Source: a virus
IMG/VR virus record: IMGVR_UViG_3300037755_001279
Span: 1-64,000 of that record
Strand: one strand, 5' to 3'
Length of the DNA stretch: 64,000 bases
The notes beneath the pieces were generated by a model. It did no database searches. It was not told the origin of the DNA and was given only the letters and a program-made list of their open reading frames with translations. The position numbers were made by a program, and so were the translations under genes. Below are positions 57,247-64,000 of this stretch, one piece after another. Numbering within the stretch: the first letter of the stretch is position 1; each line of letters starts with the position of its first letter.

Positions 57247-58679
57247 TGAAAACGGAGACCATGTGTTTCGTCGTCTACGGTGCGGACTTCACGCGCATGG
57301 CACGTGAACGGCTGCTCGAAGACGACCCGGGCCATGCCTGGCGCATCGCCTCGTGCATCATGGGTGACGAAGGTGCCGAGCGCGTGGCCATCGAGATCTT
57401 GCAAGGCAAGACGCGGCTGACCGGCGACTCGTCGTCGGGGATGACGCCGGAGATTGAGACCGCAGTGGTGCGCGAGGCGCACGAGAACGCGCTGGCGTGG
57501 CTGTACGCCGGCCGTATCAGGATCAACGGCCTGTGGTACCGCCCGATCGCGCACGTCACGGACTGCGGGCCCAACGACATGAAAAATGACCACGGCAGGG
57601 TCGTGCGCCCGCCGTCCAGCGGCAAATTCGGCGGGTACATCAACCGGCCATGGCACTACGCCCGACCCAAGGAAATCGTCCCGGACGAAACCCCCGACAT
57701 CATCTTCGAGCCATGCGGCGAGTTGCCACACTGGATGCAGCCCACGTTGAGCCCGGCGGTAGCGGTGGAAGCCTGGCGCGCAGTGGGCCGGACGTTGGAA
57801 GAACGGTCGCACAGCTTGTGGTACTCGTTTTCGGAGCCGGTAACCGATGAGGCACGGGACGCTGCCGTCGAGGCTGAAGAGCTGGCGGCGGCGTGGGGAA
57901 CGCCAGCGCAGCGTGACGCACGGCGTGACGCCGAGTACGCCGAACAAGATCGCCGCAAAGCTGAACGGCGCGCTGCATGGCGCAGCGCCATCCTCGAACA
58001 AGCCAAGGGCGACCTGATCAAGCTGACGTGGCCCGCGACCGGCAAGCACCCCGCCGGCGAAGCCATGATCCCGCGCACACCGTTTGTTCGCTGGGTGGTC
58101 GAGCGCTACCCCCGCCTGCGGCATCTCGGGGCCCCGACGTGGAACAACGTCTGCCCGTGGGGCATGAAGCTACAGAATGACAGCTCTGATCACTCCGACT
58201 GGATGATCGGCGGCGGGTTGTTCGATGCGCTCGATGACGGGTACCTCCAGCACCCGTCGTACGACGCGGCTATCAGCCTGATGTCCGAGATGCTCGAAGA
58301 GCTAGGGCAGCGCATCAACGATGGCATCTTGATTTTGTCGCCGGGGCATTGCAGCATCACCAGCCGCGTCGTTCACGGCAAGCTGAACACGCCGTCACCG
58401 ATCGGCTCGATCGTCGTCCTGCCAGACCTGCGCCCCGCATACCTCGCAGCGATCAAGGACGCCGCAGCGGTGCTCACGGAAGCCGGCGGTGCAGCGTCGC
58501 ACCTGGCCAACGTCGGGCGTGACTGCGCCTTGCCGATGTTGCTCGTGCCTGACGCGTTGCGGCGCTTCGCAGCGGGTGCGCGCATCACCGTCGATGCTGA
58601 AAACGGTGGCGTTGACCTTGCGCGCGAAGCCAACGACGAGGACGCCCCCGACGTCGGACCCGCCTGTTACCCTTTCTGA
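57246..58679 (+). CDS. Protein with C-terminal PEP-utilising-enzyme mobile (phospho-His) domain
   Basis: IVVLPDLRP...AAAVLTEAGGAASHLANVGR...LP...GARITVDAENG. Confidence 0.8.
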   Translation: MKTETMCFVVYGADFTRMARERLLEDDPGHAWRIASCIMGDEGAERVAIEILQGKTRLTGDSSSGMTPEIETAVVREAHENALAWLYAGRIRINGLWYRPIAHVTDCGPNDMKNDHGRVVRPPSSGKFGGYINRPWHYARPKEIVPDETPDIIFEPCGELPHWMQPTLSPAVAVEAWRAVGRTLEERSHSLWYSFSEPVTDEARDAAVEAEELAAAWGTPAQRDARRDAEYAEQDRRKAERRAAWRSAILEQAKGDLIKLTWPATGKHPAGEAMIPRTPFVRWVVERYPRLRHLGAPTWNNVCPWGMKLQNDSSDHSDWMIGGGLFDALDDGYLQHPSYDAAISLMSEMLEELGQRINDGILILSPGHCSITSRVVHGKLNTPSPIGSIVVLPDLRPAYLAAIKDAAAVLTEAGGAASHLANVGRDCALPMLLVPDALRRFAAGARITVDAENGGVDLAREANDEDAPDVGPACYPF

Positions 58680-58692
58680 AGGAACTCGTAAA

Positions 58693-59067
58693 ATGTCTGA
58701 CCCTGCCCCTGACCTGACCAAAAACGCCGCCGGCCGCACCATGCACGAGCACGGGCTGCACAGCGCCAAGCTAAGCATCGCGCGCCTCGCGCGCTTCGCG
58801 CAGCTTGACGCCCCGGTCACAATCCTCATCAACGAGCTGCTCATTCTCAAGCGGCGGTTGATGCTGGCTGCGCCCGAAGCCTACGCACGGAGCAGCCTGC
58901 TCGAAAAAATGGAGCACCTGAAGCCGATGTCAGGGTTCTGCGCGACCGTCGACTGCACGCGCACGCTCGCGGACGACCAGATGCGCATCCACGGCGCCGT
59001 TTGCCCGACCTGCAAGACGGAAGACGTCTTCGATGATGACGACGCCGAAGGTGAGGACGTGTCGTGA
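58693..59067 (+). CDS. Hypothetical protein with Zn-finger tail
   Basis: GTCGGA promoter, AAGGA RBS. Confidence 0.6.
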   Translation: MSDPAPDLTKNAAGRTMHEHGLHSAKLSIARLARFAQLDAPVTILINELLILKRRLMLAAPEAYARSSLLEKMEHLKPMSGFCATVDCTRTLADDQMRIHGAVCPTCKTEDVFDDDDAEGEDVS

Positions 59068-59546
59068 GCGAAGACAGCACCCCCGACCCGCGCATCACCG
59101 AGCTGGGCCAACTAGCCGATGAGCTGCGCAAGCGAACGCAGGCGCGCAACGTCGCTGCCGGACTACGCAATCAGATCGAGGCCGATCGCATTCGTGCGGC
59201 CATCGAAGCGGCCCAACCAGGGCTCGCCGTGGTGGCACTGGAACATGACATCGTTTTGATCAAACCCACGCTGTTGCATGAGCGGATCGCGCTGCTGCAG
59301 TTGTCAGGCACGCGCAACGGCGACGTGCCGGAATCGCCGACGACACCATTTCCTCGGTCATTCGTCGTCGACAAAAATGGGTTCATCTACGAAGTCACCG
59401 TAGCTTTCCACGGGCCGGGACAAACGCGTGCGTCGCGCGACGCACTGGATCTTGCCACCATCATCGGGCCTGGCGCCGCGGACGCCGTTGTCAAAGCCCT
59501 GACGGACGCCATCAAGCGCGGCCTCAGCGGCACCCCCGAAATCTGA
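59064..59546 (+). CDS. Hypothetical protein
   Basis: GTGA overlap. Confidence 0.6.
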   Translation: MSEDSTPDPRITELGQLADELRKRTQARNVAAGLRNQIEADRIRAAIEAAQPGLAVVALEHDIVLIKPTLLHERIALLQLSGTRNGDVPESPTTPFPRSFVVDKNGFIYEVTVAFHGPGQTRASRDALDLATIIGPGAADAVVKALTDAIKRGLSGTPEI

Positions 59547-59615
59547 TCTCGCACACGATCCCCCTTGCGGGCTGCCGCCGGACGATCTACAACCAGTTTC
59601 GCAAACGAGAAAACA

Positions 59616-60848
59616 ATGACCACGGCATCCATCGACAGCATCTACTTGAATCTGCACCAAACGGGGGTCGCCATCGCCGCGTGTGCACGCGCAGGCCGCG
59701 TCGCGCTGGTGTTTGGTCCGCCGGGCATCGCCAAGACGACGCTCGCGCGCGCCGTCACACCGGTCGTTGCGCGGCACCTCGGGTACAACACCACAAGCCC
59801 GGACGATCCGATGTACCCGGCCATCGACTGCGTACTGTCGAACCGCGACGCCGTAGACATCGGCGGGTACCCCGTGACGTTCCCCGACGGCGAAGTCCGC
59901 CTCCAGCTGTTCGGCACGCTGCGTCAGGCCGAGCAACGTCCAGGCTTGCTCATCCTCGACGAGTTGACCACCTGCACGCAGGCCGTCCAGGGTCCGGCCA
60001 TGCGCCTGGTGCTCGAACGGTACGCCGGCGAGAATCCGCTGCACAAGGACACACGCATCGTGTGCCTCGCCAACAGGCCTGATCAAGCGCCTGGCGGCAT
60101 CCAGCTGACGGCGACGCTGATCAATCGTGTGATCATCATCAACTGTCAGCCGACGGTGACCGAGATCAGCGATTACTTCTGTGCCGCCCCCGCGGCGCGC
60201 CTTGACACCATGGTCGAGCTGCCGTCGGACGCTGTGTGGCAGGCTCGCCGGCAGCAGCTCATGGCGACGGCAGGGGTGATCTTCACGCAGCGCCCCGATT
60301 TGCTGTGTTTCGATCCGCCGCCGGCGGCGATCAGCGACGGAGAATCCTTCGCCAGCCCCCGCGCCTGGGAGATTTGCTGTGACGTCATCTCGACGTTGCC
60401 CAGCATGAGCGGCGACGATTCCATCGTACAGGCGATTGCGGTCGGCACTCTCGGCGCTGCGCGCGCGTTCGCGTTCCTGTCGATCCTCAAGGCACGTGAG
60501 CACTTGCCGTCGGTCGACGACGTGATCAAGTCCCCGGACACCGCCTTGGTGCCCGACGAGACCAAGATGATCGACGACGGCCAGGGTGGCCGCAAGCAGA
60601 TTGGCCGCGACGTCACCTTCGCGGCCATCCCGCTGGTGATCGAGGCGTCCCGCATCGATAGCTGGGCGGCCTGGGTGTACATCGAGCGGTTGCCCTCCGA
60701 GATCGTCGCTGCTGTGGCCAAGGGCATCACGTCGAACATCTACGCGCCTGCTGCGTCACCTTGGTTGGCACGTGGGCAACGAATCATGCTCGATACCGTG
60801 CGGCAGCTCGGCGGCTTGCCCGCGTCACAGGTCAAAAAGGCCAGCTGA
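59616..60848 (+). CDS. MoxR-like AAA+ ATPase
   Basis: Walker A GPPGIAKT, Walker B LILDE, LANR, LINR, SPRAW. Confidence 0.9.
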   Translation: MTTASIDSIYLNLHQTGVAIAACARAGRVALVFGPPGIAKTTLARAVTPVVARHLGYNTTSPDDPMYPAIDCVLSNRDAVDIGGYPVTFPDGEVRLQLFGTLRQAEQRPGLLILDELTTCTQAVQGPAMRLVLERYAGENPLHKDTRIVCLANRPDQAPGGIQLTATLINRVIIINCQPTVTEISDYFCAAPAARLDTMVELPSDAVWQARRQQLMATAGVIFTQRPDLLCFDPPPAAISDGESFASPRAWEICCDVISTLPSMSGDDSIVQAIAVGTLGAARAFAFLSILKAREHLPSVDDVIKSPDTALVPDETKMIDDGQGGRKQIGRDVTFAAIPLVIEASRIDSWAAWVYIERLPSEIVAAVAKGITSNIYAPAASPWLARGQRIMLDTVRQLGGLPASQVKKAS

Positions 60849-62023
60849 TGCCGCCGTCTGTCATCCCACGCTTGACGCAGCTGAAGCACAACTTGTGCTG
60901 GATCTCACCGTACCTTGCGCCGGCAATCGCGGCGCTCAAAATTATCGAGACCGATCGGTTGCCAGACAAGACGGCGGCTGTCGACAGCCACGGGCGCATG
61001 TTCATCGACCCGCAGTGGAGCACCAAACAGTCCGACGAGGAAATTCGATTCACGATCCTGCACGAATGCCTGCACCTGCTGCTTGGACATCACCATCGTC
61101 GTGGATCGCGGCACTCCGAGATCTGGAACATCGCTGCCGACCTCGTCATCAATGACGCCATCAACGCCTTGAACCTGCGCACGTCAGCACCGGCCGGCGT
61201 GCTCAATCGTGCTGTGCACACACCCGACATCGCACCCAACTTGACCGTCGAAGAGGTCTACGAGCTGTTGATGGCGAGCCACGTCAAGATCATCGCCGGT
61301 CCGGGTCCCGGCAGCGGTTGCGGTGTCATCGATGCCGATGCTGATGCGGGCGACGGCGTGTCGCCGAGTCAGTGGCGCGACCTCAAGCACACCGTTGAAA
61401 CGCTCGTGCGCGGTGCATCGGACGGCACGCGCGCGCTAGTACCGCTCTTGACCGTTCCACCGAGCCGCGTGCGTTGGGCCGCGCTCGTCCGTCAGCTGGC
61501 TTCGACGGCAGTGAGTCAAGCGGGGCGCGACGTCACGACATGGGCGCGGCGCTCGCGACGGTCGCCGTCGAACGTCAACTTGCCGGGCGCGCGGACCAAC
61601 GTGGTCAAGCTGGCTATCGTCATCGATGCCAGCGGTTCGATGTCCGACGACGAAGTGTCTGTGTGCGTGGCCGAAGCGTACGCTGCCGTCATGGCGGCCG
61701 GCGTTGAAGCCTTCCTTGTGGTGCATGATCACGTAGTCCAAAGCACGGCGTGGATCAAGCCTGGAAGTGGCGTCGGCGCCATCGTCAAGCACATCAAGGG
61801 CCGCGGTGGGACGGCGTTCACGCCGGCGTACGCTGCCGTGGCAGAGACTCGCGCCAAGTTCGCGGCCATCACGCATTTTACCGACGGGTATCCTTGTGAG
61901 CTGTGGCCGAACAGGCCGCGCAACTGCGCGCGGGGCATCATCGCGCTGACGCCGGAGGGCCGGCAAGCCGTGATGCCAGGCGGCTGGCGCGTGGTGCCGA
62001 TCGAAGTGCCGGGGAGGGTATAA
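60848..62023 (+). CDS. Metallopeptidase plus vWA-like domain protein (DUF2201 type)
   Basis: LHECLH, WNIAADL.IN, MIDAS DASGSM, GRGGT, FTDG. Confidence 0.9.
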   Translation: MPPSVIPRLTQLKHNLCWISPYLAPAIAALKIIETDRLPDKTAAVDSHGRMFIDPQWSTKQSDEEIRFTILHECLHLLLGHHHRRGSRHSEIWNIAADLVINDAINALNLRTSAPAGVLNRAVHTPDIAPNLTVEEVYELLMASHVKIIAGPGPGSGCGVIDADADAGDGVSPSQWRDLKHTVETLVRGASDGTRALVPLLTVPPSRVRWAALVRQLASTAVSQAGRDVTTWARRSRRSPSNVNLPGARTNVVKLAIVIDASGSMSDDEVSVCVAEAYAAVMAAGVEAFLVVHDHVVQSTAWIKPGSGVGAIVKHIKGRGGTAFTPAYAAVAETRAKFAAITHFTDGYPCELWPNRPRNCARGIIALTPEGRQAVMPGGWRVVPIEVPGRV

Positions 62024-62024
62024 A

Positions 62025-62453
62025 ATGGGCAAGAGTCATCACGACTGCGACGCGCCCGGTTGCGAGGTGCAGATCGCGTGGGCCGACCCACACGCATACT
62101 GCGACAAGCACCGTCGCGATAACATCGTCACCGGGTGCGCACAGGTCGTCGTACCGTTCACCGGCGAACGGCCACAATGGCACGCGCTGACTCGGTCGTT
62201 GTGTGCCCACGGAATTGCGAGGCTTTGTCTACCCTACGAAGTAAAAACGCCGCCGTCGACCGTAGGCGAGCCGCCGTCGATCGCAGGCGAGCTGTACGCC
62301 CGATGCCGGAGCTTGACGGATACCTCTGAACAAGTTGCCGTGCTGCTGCGTGAATGGCTCAGCGCCGAAGGGCTGACCGGTGACGTGGCGGCGCTCGACG
62401 TGAAAGCAGCGATGCCTTGGCTCGGGCAGCATTCACCGCCGAAAAACCCATGA
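62025..62453 (+). CDS. Hypothetical protein
   Basis: GGAGGG RBS; CDAPGC...YCDKH. Confidence 0.55.
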   Translation: MGKSHHDCDAPGCEVQIAWADPHAYCDKHRRDNIVTGCAQVVVPFTGERPQWHALTRSLCAHGIARLCLPYEVKTPPSTVGEPPSIAGELYARCRSLTDTSEQVAVLLREWLSAEGLTGDVAALDVKAAMPWLGQHSPPKNP

Positions 62454-63196
62454 CCCCCAAACTCCGCCCACGTCAGCAAGCGATCCAGATCGCCCCCGGC
62501 CGCGCTGTGCTCAACCTTTCCGGTGCGCGGGGCGGTGTCACCTACCGCACGGAGGTCATCACCGACCGGACGCAGGTGCGGCACAGCCGCCGCGTCGAGT
62601 CCCGCGTCGTCAAGACCATCGACAACGAGGCGCTGGTGCGCGAGATCGACGCGGTCATCAAGAACGTCGACGACACCGTCATGCGGCGTCTGTGCGTCAA
62701 GATGACGTTCGGCCATTTCCTGCCGGAGCACAACGCCGCCGAGCTTCACCAGGAAATCGCGCAGCTGCGTGGGCGCGTTGAAGCACTCAACGCCGCCGCG
62801 GTGGCGATGGGCAGCCGACACCATGGCAGCGTCGGCGTCTTGACGCCAGCGCTCGACATCGATGACCCGCACTTCGTGATGGAGTGCTGCCGCACGGTGA
62901 CGGCCGCGCTGACCGACGTGTACGCGGCGCTCCAAGCGGGTGACATCGACGACCAGCAGGCTGACGGCCGGGTCATTCGAAACGCGCTGAAGCCGGCGCT
63001 GCTGCGCGCCAAGAACATCGAAGCGCTGGCTGAGGGAGACGCCGGCACGCTGCTGCAACAGGCCTTCGCGCGCGTGCGCAGCGTCAAGTCTGAGATCCGA
63101 TCGCTCATCGCTGCGGGCGCACCGCCGGATGAAGCTGGCCGCAACGTCAACCTGCGCGACGTCGAGCGCGCGCTGCAGCTGTTTCAAGTGCCATGA
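62450..63196 (+). CDS. Helical hypothetical protein downstream of MoxR/vWA pair
   Basis: ATGA overlap, biased codons. Confidence 0.7.
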   Translation: MTPKLRPRQQAIQIAPGRAVLNLSGARGGVTYRTEVITDRTQVRHSRRVESRVVKTIDNEALVREIDAVIKNVDDTVMRRLCVKMTFGHFLPEHNAAELHQEIAQLRGRVEALNAAAVAMGSRHHGSVGVLTPALDIDDPHFVMECCRTVTAALTDVYAALQAGDIDDQQADGRVIRNALKPALLRAKNIEALAEGDAGTLLQQAFARVRSVKSEIRSLIAAGAPPDEAGRNVNLRDVERALQLFQVP

Positions 63197-63786
63197 CGCT
63201 TTCGGCCGCGGCTGATTCACTGCTCGTTGAATGGCACGAGACTTTCGTTTCGCAGGCCAACGCCGCCCTCGAAAAATTCGTCTGGGACGCAACACAGGTA
63301 GCGCCGGTATGTACTTCAACCCTGGGCCATTCCTTGCGGACTTACTGACGAATGTTGATGCCTACGTCCGCGGCGAGGGCACGCAGATTGTCTACAGCGC
63401 CGGCAACGATTACACCAGTCGGCATCGCTGCGCCAAACCTCGCACAACTTCCGCCGACCTGCAGCAGGAAGACACGATCCTGGCTGCCTGGCGACAGCAC
63501 GACGAAAGCCCAAAATGACGACACCCCAAAAATGGCACGTGCCGGCCAACCCTATCGCGCAGCAAGCCGAAACGCGCGGTGAACCGATGCCTATCGGTGA
63601 GACGGCCGCGGCGCTCACCGCGCGCGGGTACGACGTGCCGGCAGCGATTCCACCGGCGGCCGTCCTTGCCGCTGTCGCTGAAAGTCCGACGGGGTACGCC
63701 TGGCGCTGGGTAGGGTCGCGATTCGAGGCGGTAGACGCACCGCTCAATGCCGAAGAGCGCGCATGGTACCTCGCAACGTGAAGAAC

Positions 63787-64000
63787 ATGCCCAAACTCAA
63801 GTCGCCCAAGAAACTTGAACGCCGCTTCGTCATCTACGGCGTCAAGCCGACGTCCAAGCTGTTCCCGGCGTGCTGCCGGCTCTGGTTGTCCGTCGACGGC
63901 CGCAAGGTGTCGTTCGACGGGTTCGAGGCTGCGCCCATTTCGCGCCACTACACACCCGGCAGCCTGCCCGAGCGCTACCTGGCGCGCGCGCTGCGGGCCA
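63787..64000 (+). CDS. Partial ORF running off the window
   Basis: ATG 63787, open to the end. Confidence 0.55.
   Translation, partial: MPKLKSPKKLERRFVIYGVKPTSKLFPACCRLWLSVDGRKVSFDGFEAAPISRHYTPGSLPERYLARALRA

Larger units (their letters stand above)
1..64000. mobile_element. Segment of a large bacteriophage-like genome, probably a tailless membrane-containing virus
   Basis: Dense short hypothetical ORFs, no housekeeping genes, spike with S74 chaperone, cell-wall hydrolase, candidate capsid genes, co-oriented early-type gene array. Confidence 0.85.

Noticed and set aside
59616-60848. ATPase as genome-packaging motor
   Set aside because: Motifs and vWA partner indicate MoxR AAA+, not FtsK/HerA or terminase
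1-64000. Reverse transcriptase/DGR, retron, toxin-antitoxin pair or stop-codon recoding
   Set aside because: No RT motif or template/variable repeat pair noticed, no clear TA pair, and genes tile well under the standard code

Overview
High-GC window that reads as part of a large bacterial virus genome. No cellular housekeeping genes, terminase, portal, tape measure, integrase, polymerase or CRISPR array were recognised. The left two-thirds (about 1-42 kb) is a mixed-strand morphogenesis and accessory region. It encodes adjacent beta-rich 236-aa and 167-aa candidate single-jelly-roll capsid proteins, many membrane-anchored proteins, a transglutaminase-like Cys protease candidate, many Arg/Lys-rich micro-proteins, peptidoglycan-binding and SleB-like proteins, a repeat spike with an S74 chaperone, and two tRNA genes. 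An AT-richer repeat-containing junction at about 42.2-42.5 kb is followed by a strictly plus-strand early-type array of small genes ending in a MoxR AAA / vWA-peptidase pair. The best interpretation (inference, not verified by search) is an unusually large tailless, internal-membrane virus with adenovirus-like proteolytic maturation. Four recurring regulatory motifs are directly visible: GATCG-N6-CGATC palindromes, GTCGGA-N9-[-10] promoters, TTCKC-N4-GMGAA operators, and a covarying 5'-leader hairpin. All family names come from motif recognition by eye.
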